Shown in pieces: positions 29,221 through 39,259 of a stretch of 64,000 nucleotides of DNA. The DNA comes from an uncultured Chloroflexia bacterium (lineage in GTDB: Bacteria > Chloroflexota > Limnocylindria > Limnocylindrales > CSP1-4), in NCBI GenBank assembly GCA_963763775.1, contig CAVXPZ010000004.1, positions 263,451-327,450 on the forward strand, written 5' to 3'. A program made the position numbers and the translations under genes. How positions within the stretch are numbered: the first letter of the stretch is position 1; each line of letters begins with the position of its first letter. The notes beneath the pieces are model-generated. The model was given only the letters and a program-made list of their open reading frames with translations. It ran no database searches and had not been told where the DNA came from.

Positions 29221-30182
29221 GCCGCACGCTCCTTGGTGTCGACGAGGCGAAGGAAGACGTCTTCCAGCCCGAGGCGGACGAGGTGGTTCTCGCTGACGAT
29301 CAGGCCGTGGTCGACGGCGAAGCGGGTGATGCGCGGCCTGGACGGCGGTGGTGGCGCCCGGCTCGGATCCGGACGATGTAGGTGCGAAGCGTCGGCGTCG
29401 CGCTCGGCCGGCTCGACCGAGACGACGCCGGGGATCGCGGTCAGGGCGACGGCGGTCGCGTCGTCGGCGCCGCCGAGGACGACCCGGAGCTGGTCCTGGT
29501 CGAAGCTCGCGAGGAGCTCGGCGGTGGGGGCGGAGCGGACGAGCCGGCCGCCATCGAGGATCGCGACGTGGTCGCTGACGCGTTCGACGTCGTCGAGGAT
29601 GTGGGTGGAGTAGAAGACCGTGACCTCGCCCCGGAGTTCGCGCATCAGGTCGAGGACCTCGCGGCGACCGATCGGGTCGAGGGCGCTGACGGGCTCGTCG
29701 AGCAGGAGCACGGCCGGCGAGCCGACGAGGGCCTGGGCGATGCCGAGGCGCTGGCGCATGCCGCCGGAGTACGTGTCCGTCCGGCGGTCCGCGGCGTCGG
29801 CGAGGCCGACCCGGGCGAGGATGGCCGCGATCCGTGCCGTCGTCGGCCCGGCCCGTCGGCCGGATAGAGCGAGGCGACGAACCGCAGCGTCTCGCGACCG
29901 GTCATCCAGTCGTAGAACCGCGGCTCCTGGGCGAGGTAGCCGACCTCGCGCCGGTAGCCGGCGCCGGCGTGGACGGGGATCCCGGCGACCGACGCGCGTG
30001 CCGCTGGTCGGCTTGGTGAGGCCGGCGAGCATCTTGATGGTGGTCGACTTCCCGGCGCCGTTGGGGCCGAGGAAGCCGTAGATCGAGCCCGCCGGCACGT
30101 CGAGGGTGAGGTCGGTCAGTGCCGCCACGCCCGGGTAGTGCTTCGTGAGTCCGACCGTCGAGATGGCCGAGTCGTGTGTCAT
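29217..30182 (-). pseudogene. ABC transporter ATP-binding protein, 5 frame changes
   Basis: Walker A (GPNGAGKST), signature (YSGGMRQR), Walker B (LLLLDEP) and H-loop (STHIL) are all present. The Q-loop region (GYLAQEPRFYDWMTGRETLRFVASLY) is out of frame between about 29990 and 29855. Three more switches occur in 29340-29420. Confidence 0.85.
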
Positions 30183-30350
30183 CCGAGTGATCTCCGGTGT
30201 CGTGCGAACGGGGCGTTCGCGCTGACATCAGGTTCGGTCGCGAGGCGCCGGCGTCGTCGGTCCCTGGTCTCGAAGTCCGGTCGCCGCCTGGGTGCGGTCG
30301 CGGCGGTCAGCTCATCCCGCGGTATCGGTCGGGCGTCATCCCGACCTCCG

Positions 30351-31036
30351 TCACGCGTCGATCGAGCCTGGACGGATGAGCCCGGCCTCGTAGGCCAGCA
30401 CGACGGCCTGGGCGCGGTCGCGCAGCTCGAGCTTGTCGAACAGGTGCGAGACATGGGTCTTGACGGTCGGTTCGGCGAGCACCAGCTCGCTCGGCGATCT
30501 CGCGGTTCGACAGGCCGCGCCCGACGAGCTTCAGGACCTCGATCTCGCGCTCGGTCAGGTCTCGGAGGGCGGCGTTGCGCTCGTCGTTGACCGGCGGCAG
30601 CCGGTCGGCGAACCGGTCGAGCAGGCGTCGCGTGACGGCCGGGGCCAGGAGCGCGTCGCCGGCGGCGACGATCTTGATCGCGACGACGAAGTCCGCGGGC
30701 GTGACGTCCTTGAGCAGGAACCCGCTGGCGCCCGCGCGGAGGGCCTCGACGACGTTCTCGTCGGCATCGAACGTGGTCAGGACGAGGACGCGCGTCGTTC
30801 GGTGCGACGCCGTCCTTGACGATCCGGCGCGTCGCCTCGATGCCGTCGAGGACGGGCATCCGGATGTCCATCACGACGACATCGGGACGCAGCCGCTCGG
30901 CGGCCGCCACGCCGTCCCGCCCGTCGGCCGCCTCGCCCACGACCTCGATGTCCGGCTGGTCGTCGAGGATCATCCGGAAGCCGGTCCGGACCAGCTCCTG
31001 GTCGTCGACCAGGATGACCCGGATCGGCTCGCTCAC
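30351..31036 (-). pseudogene. NarL/LuxR-family response regulator, 2 frame changes
   Basis: The REC domain (VILVDDQELVR...DVVVMDIRMP) runs from GTG 31036. It continues (RVLVLTTFDADENVVEALRAGASGFLLKD) after a switch near 30808. The HTH ([28 protein letters not shown]) follows a switch near 30487. The length is not a multiple of 3. Confidence 0.85.
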
Positions 31037-32227
31037 GACGCGGCCGCCGGGCCGGGCTCGATCGGCAGCCGGGCGACGACCCGGAACCCGTCGGCGTCGG
31101 GCCGGTCTCGAGCTCGCCGCCGAACAGCGCCACGCGCTCGCGCATGCCGATGAGCCCGCGACCGCCCGGGTCCCAGCTCACCGAGGTCGCGGTGGCCCGA
31201 CCCACCCTGGTCGGTGACCTCGATCTCGAGGGCGCGGGGCTCGTAGCCGAGGCGGACCCGTGCCCGCGCGCCGCGGGCGTGCTTGAGCGTGTTGGTCAGC
31301 GCCTCCTGGACGATGCGGTAGGCGGACAGCTCGACCCCGTCATCGAGCGGCCGGCGCTCGCCGTCGACCGAGAGCTCGACGGCAGACCGGCCGCGCGGAC
31401 CTCCTCGATGAGCTCGCCGAGGCGGGCGAGGCCGGGCATGTGGCTCGCGCGCGGCGCTCGCCGCGTCGGCGACGGCGTCGCCCGAGGATGCCGAGCATCC
31501 GGCGCATGTCGGTCAGCGCCTGGCGGCTGGTCCGGTCGATCGCCTCGAGCGCGGACTTCGCCTGTTCGGGCCGCTGGTCGAGCGCCGGTCAGGCCGGCAC
31601 CGGCCTGGATGACGATCACGCTCACATGGTGCGTCACGATGTCGTGCAGCTCACGGGCGATCCGCTCGCGCTCGTCCTGGACGGCGCGCCGCGCCCGCTC
31701 GTCGCGGTCGGCCTCCAGGATGCGGGCGTTCTCCTCGATGGCGGCGGTGTAGCGGCGACGCGTCCGGACCCAGTCGCCGAGCGCCCAGATCACGCCGACC
31801 GCGAGCATCGTCGAGATCATCCCGGTCAGGGCGCCGACGAGGCCGACCTTCGCGGCGGTGAGCCCGATGAACGAGCCGGCCATGATGATCGCGGCCGGCG
31901 CCGAGACGCGGCGGTCGTAGCGCTCCGCGACCGTGAACAGCGCCACGAGCGACCCGAACCCCTCGTTGACCGAGATGCCGGTCGCCATGGAGGCGTGCAG
32001 GACGGTCGCCCCGAGGCTCACGGCGAACACCGGGAGGGCCATCGCCGGCGGAAGACGAGCGGCAACGACTCCATCAGGAGCAGGAAGACGCTCAGGGCCT
32101 CGCGACTGCCCGTGGATGGGTCGCCGCTGGCCACCGAGACGAGCGAGAGCCCGGCCAGGCTGACGGCGATGAACCCGTCGACGACCAGGGGGTTGGCGGC
32201 GATGGTGCGCCGCAGGTTCGTGATCAC
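31033..32227 (-). pseudogene. HisKA_3/HATPase_c sensor histidine kinase (NarX/DesK type), at least 7 frame changes
   Basis: The TM N-terminus is in ORF 32018..32227. The H-box (ERERIARELHDIVTHH) is in ORF 31296..32342. The segments ALDQRPEQAKSALEAIDRTSRQALTDMRRMLGILG, MPGLARLGELIEEVRAAGLP, VELSVDGERRPL...YRIVQEALTNTLKHA, GRGLIGMRERVALFGGELE and GFRVVARLPIE alternate between frames. The stop overlaps the RR start (GTGA). Confidence 0.8.
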
Positions 32228-32535
32228 GACCGTAGCCTACGGTGCGGACCAGCGCCGGCACATCGTCCTGCGGGGTGATTCCGCACCAAGACCCCGGGAT
32301 GAGACACGGGTCGACGCGCACGAGTCGACGAGAGCCGCACAATCGGCGGAGGTACCGGTCCCGGGTGGCCCGACTAGGCCTCTGGCGCCGGCGCGTGCGG
32401 GCCCCGTACGCTGTTGCGGTCGGTCAACACCGTCCCCGGTGGAGGCCGATCGACAATGGCAAACCCGTCGCGAGGCGGGGACGCAAAGCCACGGGCCTCT
32501 CGCAGGTAGCCGGGCTGCCGATCAGGAGGTGGACC

Positions 32536-32643
32536 GTGGAGGTCCAAGGCTCCACGCGCGTGCGGGTCGCCGTTCGCGCGGTCCTGAATCTCGGCCTGGT
32601 GGTCGCCCTCGTGCTTGCCACGGCGGCGAACTTCCACGGCTGA
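32536..32643 (+). CDS. possible small hydrophobic peptide (35 aa)
   Basis: AGGAGG lies 6 nt upstream of GTG 32536. Peptide VEVQGSTRVRVAVRAVLNLGLVVALVLATAANFHG. A bulged hairpin (about 32650-32685) plus TTT follows. Confidence 0.3.
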   Translation: MEVQGSTRVRVAVRAVLNLGLVVALVLATAANFHG

Positions 32644-32888
32644 AACGCCGACGGCCGTCGGGCTTCGTCCCGGCGGCCGTTTCGCGTCCTCCGCGGCCAC
32701 GTCCGGCCTCTTGCGACAGGTTGCAGATCGGGGCTATCCAGAACGCCGATCATGGGGTAGGCTTGACGAGTAACCGCTGCGGCAAATGTGTCTGCAGCAC
32801 AAAAACAGCACTCGACGCAAACGCGGACTCCTCTCTCGACTGACGCGAGAACCCACGGGATCGCGCCGGGAGCAAGAGGAGTCTCTCT

Positions 32889-33242
32889 TTGTTCAACGAT
32901 AAGAATCTGACCTGTGCGGACTGTGGACAGGAATTCGTGTTCACCGCGTCCGAGCAGGACTTCTACAGCCAGCGCGGCTTCACCGAGCCGCGCCGGTGCC
33001 CCTCCTGCCGCGCCAGCCGCAAGGCTGCCCGCGACTCGGGTGGTGGTAGCTCGTACGGCGGCGGGTACTCGTCCGGCGCCGGCAGCTACGGTGGTGGCGG
33101 TGGCGGCGGGTACGACCGCGGCCCCCGCGAGATGTTCGCGGCGACCTGTTCGTCCTGCGGCAAGGAGGCTCAGGTCCCCTTCCGCCCGACGAGCGGCAAG
33201 CCCGTCTATTGCAGCGACTGCTTCCGCAGCCAGCGCGGCTAA
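32889..33242 (+). CDS. double zinc-ribbon protein (zf-trcl-like N-terminal CxxC...CxxC, Gly/Ser/Tyr-rich linker, C-terminal CxxC...CxxC)
   Basis: TTG start follows AGAGGAG. DKNLTCADCGQEFVFTASEQDFYSQRGFTEPRRCPSCR, then GGGSSYGGGYSSGAGSYGGGGGGGY, then CSSCGKEAQVPFRPTSGKPVYCSDCF. Confidence 0.8.
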   Translation: MFNDKNLTCADCGQEFVFTASEQDFYSQRGFTEPRRCPSCRASRKAARDSGGGSSYGGGYSSGAGSYGGGGGGGYDRGPREMFAATCSSCGKEAQVPFRPTSGKPVYCSDCFRSQRG

Positions 33243-33256
33243 CCAGATCCTCTTGC

Positions 33257-33277
33257 GCGGGCCGGTGAACGGCCCGC
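33257..33277 (+). terminator. hairpin after the zinc-ribbon gene
   Basis: GCGGGCCG-gtgaa-CGGCCCGC, 15 nt after the TAA stop. No U tract. Confidence 0.4.
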
Positions 33278-33371
33278 AACCAGCGTGATCTCCGACCCGG
33301 GTCGTCAGTCGACCCGGGTCGATCGAATTCCCGGGCCGGTCAGCACCAAGGCGTGCCCGAGGTAGGGGGCG

Positions 33372-33770
33372 TCAGCCGGCCCCGGTGAACGGTGGCTCAT
33401 CCTCCCTGAGCGGGCGGAAACGGAGCCCCGACCAGACCTCGTCGACGGCGACCTGCGTGATCGGCCGCATCCCGTACGCGGCGACCATCGGCCAGAGGCT
33501 GTCGCGGTTGATGTCGGCGCGGTTGCCCTTCGGATAGGCGATCCAGAACACCGGGACACGGGCCAGGTCCGACGCGTGCTGCTCGAGGGCAGCGCGGGCC
33601 GCGTCGCCGTCCGGGGCGAACACGACCGCGACGTCGCCGTCGGCGAGCGACTCGACGACAGCCGCGCCAGCCGGCAGCGGCATGATCAGGGCCTCACGGG
33701 CCGGGTCGGAGAGCCACACGCGCGTTCCCGGCTTGATCAGGAGCTTCGCCGCGACGGGTCGATCGCTCAC
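33372..33770 (-). CDS. DUF3052-like protein
   Basis: 132 aa from GTG 33770 (GTGA overlap with the upstream stop). KLLIKPGTRVWL...VVFAPDGDAARAALEQ...FWIAYPKGNRADINRDSLW. Confidence 0.65.
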   Translation of the reverse strand: MSDRPVAAKLLIKPGTRVWLSDPAREALIMPLPAGAAVVESLADGDVAVVFAPDGDAARAALEQHASDLARVPVFWIAYPKGNRADINRDSLWPMVAAYGMRPITQVAVDEVWSGLRFRPLREDEPPFTGAG

Positions 33771-35176
33771 GCGGACGCGGACGGGTCCGAGCCGGTCGCC
33801 GATGGCGTCGGCGGGATGTTCTGGTTCGATCGGAAGAGGTTCGTCGGGTCGTATCGCGCCTTGATCGCGGCCAGGCGGTCCCAGGTCGGCCCCGGGTACG
33901 CGGCGTGGATCCGCGCCTCGCCCTCGTCGGCGACGAAGTTCACGTAGGCGGCGTCGTCTCCCTGGTACAGCGCGGCCGAGAAGTCCCGGACCCAGCGCTC
34001 CCGGACGGCCTGGTCGTCCGGGCCGTCGTAGAACGCCGCGACGTTGACCATGATCCGGCTCGCCCGATGCGCATACGCGGTGGCATCGGCCGGGACCCGG
34101 GCGGCGGCGCCGCCGAGGACGCGCAGCTGGGCCACGCGCACGGACGCATCGGACGCCTGAAGCCACGAGAGCATCGTGTCGGCCTCGTCGGAGCCGACGT
34201 GGTCCATGTACATGGTTCGCGAGATCGCGGTCGGGTGGTAGTCCGGGTCTTCCGGGCCGTAGATCTCCGGATACCGCATCGGCCGCACCAGGTCGCCCAG
34301 GGGGGTCGCGAGCGCCCGGAACGGCGCCATCGCCGCCTCGCCGGCCTCGACCGGCCCAAGGTGACACATGATCGCGAAGTTCACGACCTGGCCGTGGTGC
34401 TCCTCGGCCACGAATGGCATCGGCGGGCACGGCATGACGTTCGCGATCGCCGACAGGGCCTCAGGGGCGGCCTCGGCCGCCGCGATGAACCCGGCGATCG
34501 ACTCCGGGGTCGCCGGCAGGATGAGGAGCCCGCCCACGACCTGGTCGATCGGGTGCAGCCGGAACTTGAACCGAGTGGCGACCCCGAAGTTGCCGCCGCC
34601 GCCGCGGATCGCCCAGAACAGGTCCGCGTTCGTCTCGGCATCGGCCATGAGGAACTCGCCGTCGGCGGTCACGATCTCGGCGGCCAGCAGGGAGTCGATG
34701 GTCAGTCCGTACGCCCGAACCAGGAATCCGACGCCGCCGCCCAGGGTGATGCCGCCGATCCCCACCGAGCCCGTGTCGCCGAACCCGACGACGAAGCCGT
34801 GCGCATCGAGCGCCGTCGTGAGCGCCACGGCGGTGAGCCCCGTCTCCGCCCAGGCGGTCTGCGCTTCCGCGTCCACCTCGAGGCCGGTCATGTCGTGGAG
34901 GTCGAGCACGATCCCGTCATCGACGACCCCATGGCCCGAGGCGCTGTGTCCGCCGCTTCGCACGCTCAGCGGGAGGCCGCTCTCGCGCGCCAGCCCGATG
35001 ACCCGCTGGACGTCGCTGACATCCGCCACGCGCACGATGACGGCGGGCCGCCGATCCATGCCGCCCAGGAAGAGCTGGCGCGCCTGGTCGTACTCGGGAT
35101 CGCCCGGGGCGATCACCTGCCCGTGGATCGCCTCGCGGAGGGACGGGAGCGAGACGGCGCCGATGGTCGTGGACAT
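33767..35176 (-). CDS. FAD-binding oxidoreductase (FAD-linked oxidase / BBE-like family)
   Basis: ATG at 35176 (MSTTIGAV). FAD_binding_4 motifs (SVRSGGHSASGH, GIGGITLGGGVGF, LFWAIRGGGGNFGV) and a C-terminal BBE-like motif (YDPTNLFRSNQNI). Confidence 0.9.
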   Translation of the reverse strand: MSTTIGAVSLPSLREAIHGQVIAPGDPEYDQARQLFLGGMDRRPAVIVRVADVSDVQRVIGLARESGLPLSVRSGGHSASGHGVVDDGIVLDLHDMTGLEVDAEAQTAWAETGLTAVALTTALDAHGFVVGFGDTGSVGIGGITLGGGVGFLVRAYGLTIDSLLAAEIVTADGEFLMADAETNADLFWAIRGGGGNFGVATRFKFRLHPIDQVVGGLLILPATPESIAGFIAAAEAAPEALSAIANVMPCPPMPFVAEEHHGQVVNFAIMCHLGPVEAGEAAMAPFRALATPLGDLVRPMRYPEIYGPEDPDYHPTAISRTMYMDHVGSDEADTMLSWLQASDASVRVAQLRVLGGAAARVPADATAYAHRASRIMVNVAAFYDGPDDQAVRERWVRDFSAALYQGDDAAYVNFVADEGEARIHAAYPGPTWDRLAAIKARYDPTNLFRSNQNIPPTPSATGSDPSASA

Positions 35177-35311
35177 GCGGGCTTCCCCCTGATGCGGATG
35201 CCTCGATGGTACCGGCGGGACCACGGTCCCGCATCGGACAGGACCGTTGTCGGGCGCCTCTGGAGGTGCCGGGCGTGTACCGTGCGCGTTGTCGCCACGC
35301 AGGAGGTCGGG

Positions 35312-35974
35312 TTGTCGAGTCGTCGATCGGTCATCGCCGCGCTGGTCGTCGTCCTGGTCGTCGCGATGGTCGCCGCGTGCGACCCGGCCACGCCGTCACC
35401 TTCTCCGTCGTCGAGCGCCGGCCAGGCCGTCGCGCCATCCGCGGATACGGCCTCGGCGTCGGCCACGGCCGAGAGCAGCGAAACCGCCGCGCCGACCCCC
35501 ACGCCGACGCCGGCCGGCCCGACGCCGGTCCCGACGCCCGCGCCGTGGCTCGGCTACACATCGGCACGCAACAAGTACGCCGTGTCGTATCCGCCCGATT
35601 GGATCGTCACGCCGGGGACGGCCAAGTACGCGGACCAGATCGACGACGGGGCGGCGCACTACGTCTACGTCTCACGCGACACGGTGAAGGGCACCGCGTC
35701 GCTGGCGCTGACGGTGACGCACGCCATCGCGACGATCAAGAAGCGCTACCAGGCCAAACTCGTCTCGAGCGTGAAGGCTCGCCAGGGCGGGTACCCGGGC
35801 CGGCTGCTGACGTTCACCGGCACGGACAACGGGCGGGACGTCTACATCCAGGAGCTGATCCTGGCGAAGGGCAAGGTGGCGTACTTCGTCGACATGTTCA
35901 GCGACACCGGTAACGCGAAGGCCGACAACGCGCTGTTCAAGACGATCTACAAGACGTTCAAGCCCAAGGGCTGA
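35312..35974 (+). CDS. putative lipoprotein
   Basis: TTG 35312 lies 6 nt after AGGAGG. Lipobox (MVAAC), then a P/T/S/A-rich linker and a globular domain. Confidence 0.7.
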   Translation: MSSRRSVIAALVVVLVVAMVAACDPATPSPSPSSSAGQAVAPSADTASASATAESSETAAPTPTPTPAGPTPVPTPAPWLGYTSARNKYAVSYPPDWIVTPGTAKYADQIDDGAAHYVYVSRDTVKGTASLALTVTHAIATIKKRYQAKLVSSVKARQGGYPGRLLTFTGTDNGRDVYIQELILAKGKVAYFVDMFSDTGNAKADNALFKTIYKTFKPKG

Positions 35975-36008
35975 CGGGGCGGGCGAGGCGCCGTCCCACG
36001 ACGATGCG

Positions 36009-37350
36009 TCAGTCGGCGTGGCCGATGCGCACGTGTTCGATGCCGTCGCGGAGGGTCGCGACCGCGGCGAGGGCCCAGGATCGGGCCGCACCCTCCATCC
36101 CGCCTCGATCGTCCGGGTCCAGCCCCGTGAGGATGCGGCGATACGACTCCACCTGGTACAGCGCCCCGACGACGAGGGCGAGGTCGCCGGCTTCCACCAG
36201 CTCGGCGGGCGCCAGGACGTCCGCCCATGCCTCGAGGTAGGCGTCGCGGAGCGCTCGTCGCGCGGCGATGTCCTTCGTCCGCGTGACGTACACGGCGAGG
36301 TCCAGGAACGGGTGGGCGACCGCGGCGTCGGACCAGTCGAAGAGCAGCGGGCCGTCCGGCGTGACCGCCACGTTCCACGGGTGGAGGTCACCGTGCAGGA
36401 TCGTCGCCGGCGGGCCGATCTCGGCCAGGCGCGAGACAGGCCGCCGTGAGCGCGGGGAGCGCGGCGTCCCACTCGGCCCGCTCGGCCTCTCTGAGCTCAC
36501 TCAGGAGCGGCTCGGTCGAGGCGAGGGTCGGGAGGATCGCCGCGAGGCCGTCGAGCGTCCGCACCTCGGCCCCGGCACGGACGAGCGCGTCCGTCCGCCC
36601 GCTCCACTCGCGCTGGAGACGCGCGTAGACCTGCAGCCCCGGCGCCCACGCCTCGGGTGGTTCGTCGCCGATCACGTGCGAGCCGTGGTCGCGCATCAGC
36701 AGCCAGCCCTCCGTCGGCTCGACGGCGATCACGCGGGTGACCGATCCCGGGGTGGCCGCCGCGAGGCAGGCGGTGATCGCGGCTTCATGGGGAAAGACCC
36801 TCGGGGTGGCCTTCAGGTAGACGTCACCGGAGGCGGTCGGGGCGCGAAGCACCATCGAGATGCCCCACGTGTAGGCGACCTCCCACGGGCCGGCCGCCGG
36901 CATCCCGGCGGCCGCCAGGCGTTGGACTGCCCAGGCCGTCACCCGTGCGAACCAGCCGGGATGCGCCCACGCCGGATCGTCGGGCGTCGGGCCGTTGACG
37001 CGCCGCTGGATCCATCGGGGGAGGATCGTCCGAAGCTCGACCGGCTCGAGCGCCTCCACGGGCAGGGCGAGGCGATCGGTCCACGCGAGACCGACCGGAG
37101 CTTCGGGCCCGATGGTCTCGAGATCCACCACCACGAGGGTCGCCTCACCGGTCGAGTCCGTTCGTGCATAGCCGACGCGGAGCACGGGAGGCACCGATCC
37201 CAACAGGTCGCCGATCGCCGCGAGTGCCGCCGGCAGCTGGAACTCGCCGTCCACCACGGTCGTGGGGAGCGACGCCAGATCGTCCGCCCTCGTCAGGAGG
37301 TCCGGTCGCTCGGGATGCGGGACGAGGACGACGATCTCACACCGTGGCAT
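36009..37350 (-). CDS. phosphotransferase enzyme family (APH/choline-kinase-like) protein, reading frame broken once
   Basis: The N-terminal part runs from ATG 37350 (MPRCEIVV...) in ORF 36388..37770. The catalytic part (ILHGDLHPWNVAV...LFDWSDA) is in ORF 36009..36500. The switch is near 36428-36433. Confidence 0.8.
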
Positions 37351-38901
37351 CGGCGCATGGTACCGGCGCCCTGTGCGACCCCGTGCGTCTCGTCGGTCGG
37401 ATGCCCGGCTACGAGGCGGGAGGAGCCGGCGGGGTCGGCGGGGTGAAGGTCGAGGCGCTGGGCCATGAGGTCGGCGACCTGCGTCTGGCCGTCGTAGGCC
37501 GCGTCGCCGGCCGTGCCGCTCGTCTGGATGGTCAGGGTGCCGCCGTCGCCGTAGTCGATGATGTACGAGTAGAGGGTGGTCCCGACCGGCGTCCCGCTCT
37601 CGGCCGCGGTCGAGGTCGCCTCGACGAGCGTGGCCTGGAGACCGGACACCGTCGCCTCGACGGTCTGCACGACGTCCCAGTTCGCGGGGTCCGTGGCGGC
37701 GGCGACCGCGTCGTCGTACGAGGCGACGTCCGGCTTCACGGTGATCGCCGACGTCCGGGCTCGCTGCCATCGGACGGCACGGTGATGGGGTTCGGGTCGA
37801 AGTATCGGCAGGCGGCGGCCGGCGGCTCCGACACGGTGTGCCACGAGGACGGGTAGACGATCGACGCGAGCTGCGCGCCGCTCGGGCTGCTGACCGTGCA
37901 GCTGGATGCCGGCGGCGTGGACGGCAGCGGCGGCAGGGTCGGTGCCGGCGTGGGCTTCGGCGTCGGGGTCGGCGTGGGCTTGGGCGTCGGCGCCGGGGTG
38001 TCGGTCGGCTTCGGCGTGGCGCTCCCTGAGGGCTTGGCCGACGGACTCGCCGTGGGCTTCGGCGTCGGGGTCGGGGTGGGCTTCGCCGTCGGCTCGGCCG
38101 ACGGGACCGGCGGGACGGAGGCCTCCGCCTCGGCCCGCGGCCTGGTCATCGCGACGATGACCTCGTCGTTCCGGTCACGCAGCACCACGGCGAGCCCGCG
38201 CGCCTCGATGAAGGCGGCGCCCTCGAGCGCCTGGAGAAAGGCGGACTCCTGGGTCATCACGTCGTCGGCGCACGTCTGGCGCGTCGTCGCGAGCCGGCTG
38301 ATCTTCACGATCGTGCCGTTGGTCCCATAGATGCCGTCATACGTGTTGCAGCCGCTCGAGCCGCCGACGTTCGTGATCCCGAAGACGGCCGTCAGCTCGG
38401 TGCCACTGATCGGGATCGTCTGGGAACCCGGCGTCGTCGCGAACGAGTCGACGTTCCACTTCCCGAGCAGCGGGTTCTGTGGCGCGGCGTCGAAGACGAG
38501 CAGGACCTGGGCGCCGGCGCCGAAGATCGTGAGCACACCGTCACGGATGCCGAAGAAGCGGCTCTCGTGGAGCGTCGTCAGATAGGTCGACTCGAACGTC
38601 ATCGAGATGTCGTCGCAGGCCTTCTGCGTGGCGTGGACCTGCGAGATCAGCAGGGTCCGGCCGCTGGCGCGAGCGAGCGCGCCGTAGTCATTGCAGCCGG
38701 CGAACCCGTCGACGCGATCGCCCGGTGAACTTGGCGTCCGCGTACAGCGCCTCGGGCACGATCTCGAGCGTCCCGCCGTTGGCGTACGACCGCAGGACCC
38801 AGTTCGTCCCCTGCGAGCTCGCCGCCGGATCCGGCGCCGGGCGAACACGCCACGACGCCGAGGGCGAGACCGATCAGGACCGCGAGCCACCGGATCCGCA
38901 T
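37293..38901 (-). CDS. META/HslJ-domain lipoprotein with PT-rich linker and C-terminal domain, at least 3 frame changes, 3' end uncertain
   Basis: ATG 38901 with lipobox (VVACS). Two META repeats (GFAGCNDYG, GGSSGCNTYDG). Frame changes occur at the CCCC run 38808-38811, the CCC run 38721-38723 and near 37755-37760. An alternative stop lies at 37409-37411. Confidence 0.7.
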
Positions 38902-38902
38902 G

Positions 38903-39166
38903 TCAGGCGGACTTGCTGCCGACGTACAGGGCGAACAGCCGGAGGGCGTAGCCGAAGCCGGCGACGACGAACGAGAGGAAGATCGGCACGCCGATCGCGC
39001 CCGCCGAGATCGCGAAGGCTTCGAAGAGGTTGAACGCCGGGCGCTGGGCCAGGTCGATCCACCAGAGGACGCCCGCGACCAGCGAGTAGATCACGAAGAT
39101 CCATCCGACATACACGAAGAACGTCCCGATGGACGCCAGGCGGCGGACATCGTTCATGAGGTCCAT
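38903..39166 (-). CDS. small integral membrane protein
   Basis: 87 aa with three hydrophobic segments (FFVYVGWIFVIYSLVAGVLWW...). Confidence 0.55.
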   Translation of the reverse strand: MDLMNDVRRLASIGTFFVYVGWIFVIYSLVAGVLWWIDLAQRPAFNLFEAFAISAGAIGVPIFLSFVVAGFGYALRLFALYVGSKSA

Positions 39167-39259
39167 GGGGATCCTCCTGCGGCAAGCGGTGTGAGACCCA
39201 TCGAACCACGGGGCGTCAATGCCCCCATCACCCGGACGGGATGAAATCGCCCGTCCGGC

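Noticed and set aside
37900-38110. Apparent DNA tandem repeats (GGCGTCGGGGTCGG-type)
   Set aside because: They are the coding sequence of the Pro/Thr/Lys-rich linker of the META lipoprotein on the minus strand. This is low-complexity coding DNA, not a non-coding repeat or regulatory array.
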